This document shows, piece by piece, positions 47,867 to 57,387 of a stretch of 64,000 nucleotides of DNA. Under the pieces are notes generated by a model. It was given only the letters and a program-made list of their open reading frames with translations, was not told the DNA's origin and made no database searches. Source of the stretch: Alphaproteobacteria bacterium (lineage in GTDB: Bacteria > Pseudomonadota > Alphaproteobacteria > SP197); contig OZ245842.1 in the NCBI GenBank assembly GCA_965228895.1, positions 3,392,001 through 3,456,000 of the forward strand, written 5' to 3'. The position numbers and the translations under genes are program-made. Every line of letters starts with the position of its first letter. The stretch's first letter is position 1.

Positions 47867-48766
47867 GTGACCGCTGTAAACGACAAGGACGAGTCCAACG
47901 TGCCGGAACCGGTCCGAATCCGCCGCCCGCGCCGACAAACGCTGCCGCTGGTCATCTCATCGCCCCATAGCGGACGCGACTATCCGCCTGAATTTCTGGC
48001 GCTTTCCAGGCTCGACCGGCTGGCCATACGCCGCTCGGAAGATGCCTTCGTGGACGAATTGGCGGCCGGTGCCGTCGCGCTTGGCGCGCCGATGGTCGCC
48101 GCGACCTTCCCGCGCGCCTTCCTGGATCCCAACCGCGAACCCTATGAACTCGACCCCCGCATGTTCGATTCGCCCCTGCCGGGCTGGGTCAACAGCCGCA
48201 GTCCCCGGGTGCGCGCCGGCCTCGGCACCGTGCCACGCGTCGTCGCCGGCGGCGCCGAGATCTATGCCGGCAAGCTGGAGCCCGGCGTCGCCGAAGAGCG
48301 GATCAAGCGCTACTACATGCCTTATCACGATGCGATTGTTGCGCTGCTGGACGAAACCCGGGCCAATTTCGGTATCGCCGTGCTTTTGGACTGTCACTCG
48401 ATGCCGTCGGGCGAACGCGGCGGCCAAGGTGCCAAATCGCGCGCCGATATCGTGCTGGGCGACCGGTTCGGCCACGCCTGCGACGCCGACATCATGCGCG
48501 TCGCCGCCGAGACCCTGCGCGCACGCGGCTACCAGGTGCGCCGAAACGATCCCTATCCCGGCGGTTTCATCACCGAACACTATGGCCGCCCGGATATGGA
48601 CATCCATGCGCTACAGATCGAACTGAACCGCAGCCTCTATATGAACGAGGCGCGCATGACGCGCGGCGCCGGCATGGCGGCGCTGAAAGCCGACCTGGAG
48701 CATCTGTTCGGCGTTGTCGCCAACCAAACCCTGCTGCTGGCGCCGCCGGCCAACGCCGCGGAGTAA
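47867..48766 (+). CDS. N-formylglutamate amidohydrolase family protein
   Basis: SPHSGRDYP, RRSEDAFVD, DPNREP, DCHSMPS, LGDRFG, HALQIELNR. Confidence 0.93.
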   Translation: MTAVNDKDESNVPEPVRIRRPRRQTLPLVISSPHSGRDYPPEFLALSRLDRLAIRRSEDAFVDELAAGAVALGAPMVAATFPRAFLDPNREPYELDPRMFDSPLPGWVNSRSPRVRAGLGTVPRVVAGGAEIYAGKLEPGVAEERIKRYYMPYHDAIVALLDETRANFGIAVLLDCHSMPSGERGGQGAKSRADIVLGDRFGHACDADIMRVAAETLRARGYQVRRNDPYPGGFITEHYGRPDMDIHALQIELNRSLYMNEARMTRGAGMAALKADLEHLFGVVANQTLLLAPPANAAE

Positions 48767-48774
48767 CCGACGCC

Positions 48775-50454
48775 ATGGCCGCTCCGGACAAGCGCCTGGC
48801 TGAAGCTCTCTCCCACCATCGCGCGGGGCATCTGGATCAAGCGTTGCTTGGCTATCGCGCGGTGCTCGAAGATCAACCCCAATCCGCCGACGCCCATCAT
48901 CTAATGGGACTGGCGCTCGACCAGAAGGGCGATCACGAGGCCGCCATCGCCGCCATCGAAAAGGCGGCCGCCTTGAAGCCGGCAAGCGGACTCTTCCACT
49001 TCAACCTGGCGCGCGTCTTAAGCGAAGCAGGCCATGATGACCGCGCACGCAGGGCCTATCGCGCCGCGATCGACATGAAGCCCGGCGATGCGGACGCGCA
49101 CAGCAATCTTGGACTTTTGGAGGAACGCGCCGGTAAACCGGACGCGGCCTTGGCGGCGTTCGAGGCCGCGCTCGCTGTCGATCCCGGGCACCAGAAGGCG
49201 CGCGTCAACCTGGCGCGGACCTTGATTGCGCTGAAGCGGTTCGATGACGCCACAGCGCACCTCAAACACCTGACCGACCTGCCCGACGCGCCAGCCGAAG
49301 CATGGTTTCTGACCGGCACGTTGGCCGAGGATACCGAGCATTTCGATGACGCTATCGCGGCCTATCGCCGAGCGTTGGCGATCGCGCCCGATTTCGAGAA
49401 GGCGCGCAACAACCTGGGTACCGCCTTGCTCGGCGCCCAGCGTTACGGCGAGGCGCGGCAGGTGTTCAACGCCATGTTTGCGGTCAAACGCGGTGACGCC
49501 GGTTCCGACGCCGGAACGTTTACCGACGAGCGTTTCCCGGCTCGAGAGCACACGCGGCTTAGAACCTGCCGCTATCGGCTGACGGACAGCGCGGATCAAA
49601 TCGACTATCTGATCGCAAACGATCTGCTGGACCCAAGCTGGGCGGCGGCGGCGGGACGTTATCGCGACGCCATCGCGGCCGTCGACCGCAGTCATCCCGC
49701 CGACAAGCCGGTCGTACTGGAAGGACTGGAGGCCGACGCGCTTGCCGACCTACACGACCGCGCCATTCGCGTCGCCGACACCACACCGCTCGCCGGACCC
49801 GCAATCGGGCAGGACAACGACTACGGGGCGATCGAAGACGCCTACCTCGCCGCCGCCACGTCGATCACCACGATCGATGGTTTTTTGAGCACCGAAGCCT
49901 TGAACGCGCTGCGCGACTACTGCCGCCAGTCGACGATCTTCTTCGGTCATAACGCGACCGGCTACGTCACCTCTTACATGGCCGACGGTTTCGCCTGCTC
50001 GTTGCTCTACACGATTGCCGAGGAATTGCAGGCGGCCATGCCGCGCGTTCTGGGCAGCCGCCCGCTGCACAACATGTGGGTCTACCGTCACGCCAATCAC
50101 GGCGGCGGTGTCGATGCCCATACCGATGACGCGTCCGTCACCTTCAACTTTTGGATCACCGAAGCCGACGCCAACTTGGACAGCGATCACGGCGGCCTGA
50201 TCGTCTATCAGCGCGAGCAACCGCTGGACTGGGACTGGGTCGACATGAACTTGCGCAAGAACGAACCGGATGTGAAAGCCAAGTACACGGCCTTTCTGGC
50301 GGAGGCGCCGGAGGTGCGCTTACCATACGGCGAGAACCGCGCGATCCTGTTCCACTCCAACCTGCTGCACAAGTCCGACCGCCTGACCTTCAAGGAAGGG
50401 TTCGATCAGCGGCGCATGAACGTGACGCTGCTGTTCGGCGAGCGCGGCACCTGA
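48775..50454 (+). CDS. TPR repeat protein with C-terminal 2OG-Fe(II) oxygenase-like domain
   Basis: About 6 TPRs; HTD...LLHKS...RRMNVT. Confidence 0.85.
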   Translation: MAAPDKRLAEALSHHRAGHLDQALLGYRAVLEDQPQSADAHHLMGLALDQKGDHEAAIAAIEKAAALKPASGLFHFNLARVLSEAGHDDRARRAYRAAIDMKPGDADAHSNLGLLEERAGKPDAALAAFEAALAVDPGHQKARVNLARTLIALKRFDDATAHLKHLTDLPDAPAEAWFLTGTLAEDTEHFDDAIAAYRRALAIAPDFEKARNNLGTALLGAQRYGEARQVFNAMFAVKRGDAGSDAGTFTDERFPAREHTRLRTCRYRLTDSADQIDYLIANDLLDPSWAAAAGRYRDAIAAVDRSHPADKPVVLEGLEADALADLHDRAIRVADTTPLAGPAIGQDNDYGAIEDAYLAAATSITTIDGFLSTEALNALRDYCRQSTIFFGHNATGYVTSYMADGFACSLLYTIAEELQAAMPRVLGSRPLHNMWVYRHANHGGGVDAHTDDASVTFNFWITEADANLDSDHGGLIVYQREQPLDWDWVDMNLRKNEPDVKAKYTAFLAEAPEVRLPYGENRAILFHSNLLHKSDRLTFKEGFDQRRMNVTLLFGERGT

Positions 50455-50647
50455 CTTGCCGGTCACCACGGCCTACCGGTTTCTTCCACAAGCAGCCGGG
50501 GCGGGTAACAAAACCGTCACGGCGCAGAGCCTGACCCGTCACACTCGAGCGCTAGAACATGGCCTGACGGCGCATACGCGGACCTACACCCAGAGCCGGC
50601 GTCGTCACGATCGCCTCCCGGCGATTTAGAACCCCGCCTGCACGCTT

Positions 50648-50683
50648 GGAGGGGCCGTGACAACGGCCCCTCCTTTCTTTTTT
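50648..50683 (+). terminator. Strong intrinsic terminator
   Basis: GGAGGGGCCGT-gaca-ACGGCCCCTCC followed by TTTCTTTTTT. Confidence 0.88.
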
Positions 50684-50838
50684 ATAGTGTCTCTAAAGGT
50701 TAACCATCTGTCGGGATTTGCCGATTTCGTGCAATTGCGTAACAATTCAATTCTGTGCTTTCGTTTGCGACGGCAGGCGGGCACCTGTGTTTGGTCACGA
50801 CAGTCGCGGCATGCGACATCATTCGGGGGTACATCACG

Positions 50839-51276
50839 ATGACTACTTGGCACCAGATCCGGCGCTTCGGACTTGCCCTGGCCGTTGTCCTCGCCGCGAG
50901 CGTTTGGGTCACGGAAGCGGCGCGGGCCAATATGACGATTTGCAACTATTCTCGCGGTCCCGTCGATGTTGCGATCGGCTACTACGATCATGAGTTCGAC
51001 GAATGGGTCTCCAGCGGCTGGTACGAAGTGCGGGCTGGCAAATGCGACACGCTGTTCGTCCTGCATGAGTATGGCCCCGAGGAGTACGTCTATATCTACG
51101 CCGAGAGCCAACTCGGTGACGGCGAATGGTCGGGCGAGTACAACATGTGCGTCGACAACGATGCCTTCGAGATCTTCGGATGGGAGAACTGCAAGGCGCG
51201 CGGATTCTATTCCTACGGATTTGTCGAACTTGATGTGAGAAACGCCTCCACGTTCACCTACGACCTCATCGAGTAA
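50839..51276 (+). CDS. DUF1036 secreted protein
   Basis: Signal peptide; ICN....VAIGY..W.S.GW.....C, YIYAE, WSG...C, FEI.G...C..RGF. Confidence 0.85.
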   Translation: MTTWHQIRRFGLALAVVLAASVWVTEAARANMTICNYSRGPVDVAIGYYDHEFDEWVSSGWYEVRAGKCDTLFVLHEYGPEEYVYIYAESQLGDGEWSGEYNMCVDNDAFEIFGWENCKARGFYSYGFVELDVRNASTFTYDLIE

Positions 51277-52190
51277 GCGGCTGCTATGACCGGATTGTCG
51301 AAGGCGGCGTTGTCTTGGACGGACGCCGACTCCGCGATAATCCAGTCACGAAATGCACGACAGCCCGAATCGCTCAAGGTGCCCTTGGGATAGGCCAGGA
51401 AGTAGCCGTAGTCCGATAGCACAACCGGCGAAATCTGCACCAGACGCCCCGCGGTGAGATCGTCGGCGACCAGATCATCGTTGAGCGCCAGGCCCTGGCC
51501 GTCGATGACCGCTTGCACCCGAACGTTCGGATCGGGGATCACAAGATCGTTCCGCGTCAATGGATAGGTGCGGCCGGCCGCTTCAAACCAGTCAAGCCAT
51601 GCGCTGCTGCCGTCGCGATCGTGCAGCAACGGCGTCTGCATGAACACCGCGTCCAGACCTTGATCAACGACCTGCTGTGCAATCGAAGCGCCGGCGGTCA
51701 CAAACGCCGGGCATCGGAATAACCGTTCGATCTCCAGGTCTGACCAGTCGCCGCGGCCCCATCGTATCGCCATGTCGATGTCGTGGGATCTCAGATCGAT
51801 CAAATCGACCAGCGGCTGCAGACGCAACGCCAGGTCTGGATGGTCGGCCATGAACATCATCAAACGCGGCGACAGCCAACGCGATGCGAAATACGTCGAC
51901 AGGCCGATGGTGATGCGCGCCGCCGTTTCGCCGCGCAAGCCATCGATCGTGCGGTCGAGATCGCCGAACAGCGCCTGACATGTGTGCGCCAGCGTCAGCC
52001 CCTTCTCGGTCAGCGCAACGCCGCGATGCTGGCGGGTGAAAAGCTGGAAACCGAGTTCGGCCTCCAAGCGTTTGATCTGATAGCTGATCGCGCCTTTGGT
52101 CAGATGAAGCTCGTCGGCCGCCGCCGTAAAGCTCAGACAGCGCGCCACGACACCGAATACATGAAGGCTGTCATAGCTTCGAAAGGCCAT
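51258..52190 (-). CDS. LysR family regulator (GcvA-like)
   Basis: SFTAAADELHLTKGAISYQIKRLE; FASRWLSPRL; AIRWGRGDW. Confidence 0.93.
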   Translation of the reverse strand: MAFRSYDSLHVFGVVARCLSFTAAADELHLTKGAISYQIKRLEAELGFQLFTRQHRGVALTEKGLTLAHTCQALFGDLDRTIDGLRGETAARITIGLSTYFASRWLSPRLMMFMADHPDLALRLQPLVDLIDLRSHDIDMAIRWGRGDWSDLEIERLFRCPAFVTAGASIAQQVVDQGLDAVFMQTPLLHDRDGSSAWLDWFEAAGRTYPLTRNDLVIPDPNVRVQAVIDGQGLALNDDLVADDLTAGRLVQISPVVLSDYGYFLAYPKGTLSDSGCRAFRDWIIAESASVQDNAAFDNPVIAAAYSMRS

Positions 52191-52327
52191 CCTTTGCGTT
52201 TAGTAAAATTGAACGCAAAGTGCAAATCTTTTCAATTGTAGGGTGGATACATACGTCGTCTTCTGGCGTTCTGCTGGCACTTTCCTGATCGGGTGGCGCG
52301 CAGCGAATTTGATCGCAGGCGAAGGAC

Positions 52328-53896
52328 ATGCTGGGCTCGGACGGCGCGCATCACGCTTCAACCAACGCTGACGGACGCCGGCGCGCCGGCGGGCGTTCGG
52401 GTCGCGTCGCACGCCGACGGAACAGCGCCTTCGCCAAACCGGTGACCGTCACGCGCCGGATCCCAATCTATGACCTTCTCGACGAGGAGGCGCTTCAAGC
52501 GCTTGAGGCTCACACCGACTGGATCCTCAAAGAGATCGGCATCGAGTTTCGCGGCGATGAGGAAGCGCTTGGCTTGTTCAAAGATGCCGGCGCAACCGTC
52601 ACCGGCGAACGCGTGCGCTTCGATGCCGGCCACGCCCGCGCTCTGTGTTCGACGGCGCCGGCAACGTTCCGGATGGAAGGCCGCGACTCCACCTCGTCGA
52701 TCACGCTCGGTGGCAACGACACGGTCTTCATGCCGTCCTATGGCCCGCCCTTTGTCAGCGATCTCGAATACGGACGTCGCTATGCGACGATCGACGACTT
52801 CCGCAATATCGTGAAGCTCACCTATGCCACACCCTGGCTGAACCATTCGGGCGGCACCGTGTGCGAGCCTGTCGACCTGCCGGTCAACAAGCGCCACCTC
52901 GATATGGTCTATGCGCACCTCTGCTATTCGACCAAGCCGTTCATGGGCGCCGTCACCGCGCCGGAACGGGCCGAAGACTCGATCGCCATGGCGCGGCTCG
53001 TGTTCGGTGACGCCTATCTGGAAGACCACTGCGTCATTCAGGGCAACATCAACGTCAACTCGCCCTTGGTCTACGACCACATCATGTCCGGCGCGTTGAA
53101 GGCCTATGCCCGCGCCAACCAGAGCGTCGTCGTGTCGCCGTTCATCCTGGGCGGCGCCATGGGGCCGGTGACCCAACCTGCCCTGCTGGCCCAGGCGCAT
53201 GCAGAAGCGATGGCCGGCATCGCGCTCAGCCAGCTCGTGCGCAAAGGAGCGCCGGTCGTCTATGGCAACTTCCTTACCACCATGGATCTGAAGTCGGGTG
53301 CGCCGACATTCGGCACCCCGGAAGCCAATCTCTCGACCTTCGCGATCGGCCAGCTCTGCCGCCGTCTCGGCCTGCCGCTGCGCTGCGGCGGTCATCTGAC
53401 CGCATCGAAGGTAGCGGACGGCCAGGCGATGCAGGAATCCGCCGCCAGCATGATGGCCGGCATCATGGCCGGCTCCAACTTTGTCTTCCATGCCGCCGGC
53501 TGGCTCGAAAGCGGTCTCACCTTCGGCTATGAAAAGTTCGCCATGGACCTCGATCACTGCGGCATGATGTGGCGCTTGCTGGACGGCCTTTCGATCACGC
53601 CCGATGAACTCGCGGCTGACGCCTTTCGCGAGGCTGGACCGGGTAACAATTTCCTGGGCACCGCCCACACGCTCGCCCATTTCGAGACCGCGAACTACCT
53701 CTCCGATCTCGCCGACACGAAGTCCTACGAGCAGTGGGACGAAGACGGCCGGCGCGACATCGAACGGCGCGCCCACGACCGCTGGAGACAGATGCTGGCC
53801 GACTATCAGGCACCGCCGCTGGATCCCGCGATCGATGAGGCGTTGCAAGACTACATGGCGCGCAAAAAGGCCGCCGAACCCGATCAATGGCATTGA
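52328..53896 (+). CDS. MttB-superfamily methyltransferase (non-pyrrolysine), second paralog
   Basis: GGTVCEPVDLPVNKRHLDM, NVNSPL, GAPTFGTPE, HAAGWLE. Confidence 0.92.
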   Translation: MLGSDGAHHASTNADGRRRAGGRSGRVARRRNSAFAKPVTVTRRIPIYDLLDEEALQALEAHTDWILKEIGIEFRGDEEALGLFKDAGATVTGERVRFDAGHARALCSTAPATFRMEGRDSTSSITLGGNDTVFMPSYGPPFVSDLEYGRRYATIDDFRNIVKLTYATPWLNHSGGTVCEPVDLPVNKRHLDMVYAHLCYSTKPFMGAVTAPERAEDSIAMARLVFGDAYLEDHCVIQGNINVNSPLVYDHIMSGALKAYARANQSVVVSPFILGGAMGPVTQPALLAQAHAEAMAGIALSQLVRKGAPVVYGNFLTTMDLKSGAPTFGTPEANLSTFAIGQLCRRLGLPLRCGGHLTASKVADGQAMQESAASMMAGIMAGSNFVFHAAGWLESGLTFGYEKFAMDLDHCGMMWRLLDGLSITPDELAADAFREAGPGNNFLGTAHTLAHFETANYLSDLADTKSYEQWDEDGRRDIERRAHDRWRQMLADYQAPPLDPAIDEALQDYMARKKAAEPDQWH

Positions 53897-53922
53897 ACCT
53901 TCAACCCGCAAGGAGACCGATC

Positions 53923-54297
53923 ATGAACAAATGCCTGCGTATTCCCACCGGCGCCGTACCGGGCCTGGAGCCGACCGACTATATTCCCGCCGACGGCTTG
54001 CAGTCGGGCGAACCGAACGAACGGGGCTTGAGTTTCTACGCCGACCAGACCGGCCAGCTCGACGCCGGCGTGTGGGAATGCGAGCCCAACAAACACGTCA
54101 TCGAAGCCGCGCCCTATGATGAGTTCGTCTATCTGATCGAGGGCCATATCGACGTCATTGACGAAGACGGCGGCGTCGAGAGCTACAAGGCCGGCGACAG
54201 CTTCATGATGCCAAGGGGCTGCAAGTGCACCTGGGACGTCAAGGCGCCGGTGCGCAAGCTCTATGTCGTGCTGACGGCGGAAGACTATAAAGGCTGA
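53923..54297 (+). CDS. Cupin (DUF861/EutQ-like)
   Basis: GVWECEP, EFVYLIEG, AGDSFMMPRG, VRKLY; AAGGAG RBS. Confidence 0.88.
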   Translation: MNKCLRIPTGAVPGLEPTDYIPADGLQSGEPNERGLSFYADQTGQLDAGVWECEPNKHVIEAAPYDEFVYLIEGHIDVIDEDGGVESYKAGDSFMMPRGCKCTWDVKAPVRKLYVVLTAEDYKG

Positions 54298-54431
54298 ACC
54301 GCCGGTCACACGCAACTGAAACGATAAACCGCCGCGGCGGAAACGCGATAGAAACTCGCCGGGGTCATATCTGACGAACGCCAACACGCGTGACGAGATC
54401 GTTGATCGCCACGCGCCACAGGAGTTTGCCA

Positions 54432-54857
54432 ATGACCCCGGAACAAATCATCCTTGTCCAGAACAGCTTCGGCAAGGTACTGCCCATTCAGGAGACTGCG
54501 GCGCAGTTGTTCTACGGGCGGCTTTTCGAACTGGACCCCAGCCTGGAGCACCTGTTCCACACCGACATGACCGAACAGGGCCGCAGGCTGATGGGAGCCA
54601 TCGACAACGTGGTGCGTCACCTCGAAGACCTGGAAAGCATCCTGCCCACAATTCGCGACCTCGGCCGGCGCCACGCCGGTTACGGTGTCGAGCCCCGGCA
54701 CTACGACACCGTGGCCGCGGCCCTGCTATGGACACTGGAACAGGGCCTGGGCGACGATTTTACCGACGATACCAAACAGGCGTGGGCGACAGCCTATGGC
54801 CTCTTGTCCTCGACCATGATGGATGCCGCGCAGTCACAGACCGCGCAACCGTCCTGA
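54432..54857 (+). CDS. Single-domain globin (flavohemoglobin-type globin domain)
   Basis: FYGRLFELDP..LF, LGRRHAGYGV...HY..V..ALLWTL, AW..AY. Confidence 0.92.
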   Translation: MTPEQIILVQNSFGKVLPIQETAAQLFYGRLFELDPSLEHLFHTDMTEQGRRLMGAIDNVVRHLEDLESILPTIRDLGRRHAGYGVEPRHYDTVAAALLWTLEQGLGDDFTDDTKQAWATAYGLLSSTMMDAAQSQTAQPS

Positions 54858-54971
54858 CGCAAACGACAGCGCCCAGATGCGGCGCTGGTCTTCTTTGGCT
54901 TCGGATTCGCGGCGGGACTGCACTAGATTGGTGCGTCACCGCGTCTACCCGAGAAAGCCAAGGAGACCAGC

Positions 54972-55703
54972 ATGCCACAACCCATCTGCGCCATCGTCGG
55001 TGCCGGCGAAGGTCTCGGCCGTGCGCTGGCCGCCAGATTCGCGCGCGAGGGTTTTGATATCGCCCTGGTGTCGCGCACCGAGATGGGCAGCAACGCGGCC
55101 GCCGAAGCCGCAGCGCTGGCTCGCGCGCAAGCCCGGGTCGAGTTTCAGGCCGCCGATGCGCACCAACCGGAGAGTATCGAGAAGGCGCTTGGAACAATCG
55201 CCGCCGACATGGGTGCTATCGACGTCCTTATCTATAACGTCCGCGACACGTTCACACGGTGCGAGCCGCTTGCCATGACCTATGCCGATCTTGAGGCAAC
55301 CCATCGGATCGAGGTTGTCGGCGCGTTCGCGGCCGCCAAGGCGGCGCTGCCCGCCATGCGCGAACGCGGCCACGGCAGCGTGTTTTTCTCAAGCGCGACG
55401 GCGGCCTATCGCGGCTCGGCAACCCATCCGCTCTATGCCATCGGCAAGTTCGGCCTGCGCGGCCTCTCACAAAGTCTTGCGAAGGCCTACGCCAAGGATG
55501 GCGTACACATCGTTCATGTCCGGCTCGACTGCGATCTCGACGTGCCGCTGATGCAAGAAGCCTATGGCGACACCTACGATCCCAAGAACCTCGCCAACAC
55601 CGACGACGTTGCGGAAACCTATTGGTGGGTCCACCAGCAACCGAAGTCCGCTTGGACCAACGAGGTCGAACTCAGGCCCTATACGGAAACGTGGACATAT
55701 TGA
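54972..55703 (+). CDS. SDR family oxidoreductase
   Basis: GAGEGLG, YAIGKFGLRGLSQSLA. Confidence 0.9.
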   Translation: MPQPICAIVGAGEGLGRALAARFAREGFDIALVSRTEMGSNAAAEAAALARAQARVEFQAADAHQPESIEKALGTIAADMGAIDVLIYNVRDTFTRCEPLAMTYADLEATHRIEVVGAFAAAKAALPAMRERGHGSVFFSSATAAYRGSATHPLYAIGKFGLRGLSQSLAKAYAKDGVHIVHVRLDCDLDVPLMQEAYGDTYDPKNLANTDDVAETYWWVHQQPKSAWTNEVELRPYTETWTY

Positions 55704-55734
55704 GTGAAATCGACCCGAAAAAAGCCAGGCAGAC

Positions 55735-56370
55735 TCACTCCTCGCCCTGAATGTGCTGGCGTACGGGATCGAGCCAGTCGGCGGTTTCGACCACGCCCCA
55801 CACCGTGGCCGCCGTGACGGCCAGGGAAACCAGCGCGGTCAGCAACGCGATGAGCAACGCGACACCGTCCTCCTCCAGGTAGGCGAGCGCCAGCAGCATG
55901 ACGGCGATCGCGGGTAGATACTGGCTGAACGGCACCGGCGAGACGATCGTCAGCCCCAGCAACAGCATGATCAGCCCGGTCACGCGTTTGGTGGTCTGAA
56001 ACGGTGTCGGCCAGCGCGGCCAAATCAGACGCTCGACCCAACGAAGCCGGGGCGTGATGAAATTGATGACCCGCGCCAACCGGTCGACAGCAATCTTGCG
56101 CCGCGCGATGACACGCGGCAGCACCGCGACATCGTGACCCAGGATCATCTGGACCGCGGGCCAGGCAATCAGCACACCAACAACGAATGACGCACCGGGT
56201 ACGAATGCGATGACGGCCATGATGAAGAGAATCAGACCGAACGAACGCGCTCCGAGCTGTTCTATCAACCAGCCGACGGACACCTCCGCGCCATCAGCTT
56301 CGTCGAGCAACCCCGACAGATGAGCCGAGGTCGGAATGTATCCCGGCGGTACTGAATGTTCTTTCGCCAA
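55735..56370 (-). CDS. exoD: Exopolysaccharide synthesis protein ExoD
   Basis: LGARSFG, QMILG, PVPFSQ..P, LEEDG. Confidence 0.85.
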   Translation of the reverse strand: MAKEHSVPPGYIPTSAHLSGLLDEADGAEVSVGWLIEQLGARSFGLILFIMAVIAFVPGASFVVGVLIAWPAVQMILGHDVAVLPRVIARRKIAVDRLARVINFITPRLRWVERLIWPRWPTPFQTTKRVTGLIMLLLGLTIVSPVPFSQYLPAIAVMLLALAYLEEDGVALLIALLTALVSLAVTAATVWGVVETADWLDPVRQHIQGEE

Positions 56371-56406
56371 CGCCCCTCCCTTGGAGCCGATGCATGTCGT
56401 TACCAG

Positions 56407-57228
56407 TTAGTCGAACAACTGGCTCCAGGTGCCGCCGCCCTTCTGCGTCTCGGAATAACGCCGGCCCCAGATCAGGCCGCCGTCAATGACGATGTCTTCG
56501 CCGTTGATGAAACTGGCCTCGTCGCTGGCAAGGTAGAGCGCCGCCGAAGCGATGTCGTCGGTGACGCCTGCGCGTGGGATCGCCTGGATGCCGGCCAGGA
56601 CCGTCTTCACCTTCTCGACCGTCTTTTCCGCGTCCTCGATCTCCATGCCCATGGACTTGCCGAATATGCCGGTGGCGATACCGCCCGGTGAGATCGAGTT
56701 GACGCGCACGCCGTCTTCGCCCAGCTCCATGGCCGCTGAGCGCGTGAAATGGATGACCGCCGCCTTGGCGATGCCATAGATCATCGAACCGCTGTAACCC
56801 GCGCGGTGGCCGGCGACCGAACCAACGTTGATGACACTACCGGCGCCTTGCGCGCGCATCGCCGGTGCGGCGAACTTGGTATGCGCGATGGCGCCGCGCA
56901 CATGGACCTGGATCGCCGTATCGAACGCGTCAAGCGGCAGGTCTTCCAAACGCGCCGCCGGCGCCGGCGCGCCCGCATTGTTCATCAAGACGTCGATGCG
57001 GCCGTGCGTATCCAGCGTCTGTTTGATCGTACGTTCGGCATCCGCCACGCTACCGGCGTCGGCTTCGATGAATGTCGCGCCGGTCGCTGCGGCGACCTCC
57101 TGGCCAAGCGCTGCCCGGCGACCGGTGAAGACGACCTTGGCGCCCTCCTCGATGAACCGTTCGACAACGCGATGGCCGATGCCGGTGGTGCCGCCGGTGA
57201 CGACGGCGATTTTGCCTTCAAGCCTCAT
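56407..57228 (-). CDS. SDR family oxidoreductase
   Basis: TGGTTGIG, NNAG, YGIAK, VRVNSISPG. Confidence 0.93.
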   Translation of the reverse strand: MRLEGKIAVVTGGTTGIGHRVVERFIEEGAKVVFTGRRAALGQEVAAATGATFIEADAGSVADAERTIKQTLDTHGRIDVLMNNAGAPAPAARLEDLPLDAFDTAIQVHVRGAIAHTKFAAPAMRAQGAGSVINVGSVAGHRAGYSGSMIYGIAKAAVIHFTRSAAMELGEDGVRVNSISPGGIATGIFGKSMGMEIEDAEKTVEKVKTVLAGIQAIPRAGVTDDIASAALYLASDEASFINGEDIVIDGGLIWGRRYSETQKGGGTWSQLFD

Positions 57229-57312
57229 AAATCGACCCTTTCCCCTCCGCATACATCCTTAGAGCGAGTGTCCGGTACGACCTCGATACCGTCAAACTCT
57301 TCCGTTGGTTTA

Positions 57313-57331
57313 TGGTCAATCGCATTGACCA
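57313..57331. promoter_or_regulatory. Perfect palindromic operator candidate overlapping a -35
   Basis: TGGTCAAT-CGC-ATTGACCA between divergent SDR and CocE genes. Confidence 0.55.
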
Positions 57332-57387
57332 GAGCTTGTCCGCCCGGCTAGCGTCCCGCCACACAATCAAAAAAGGACGCAAACGCC

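Noticed and set aside
50700-50707. TTAACCAT CtrA half-site upstream of DUF1036
   Set aside because: A single 8-mer without a full TTAA-N7-TTAA site is insufficient alone
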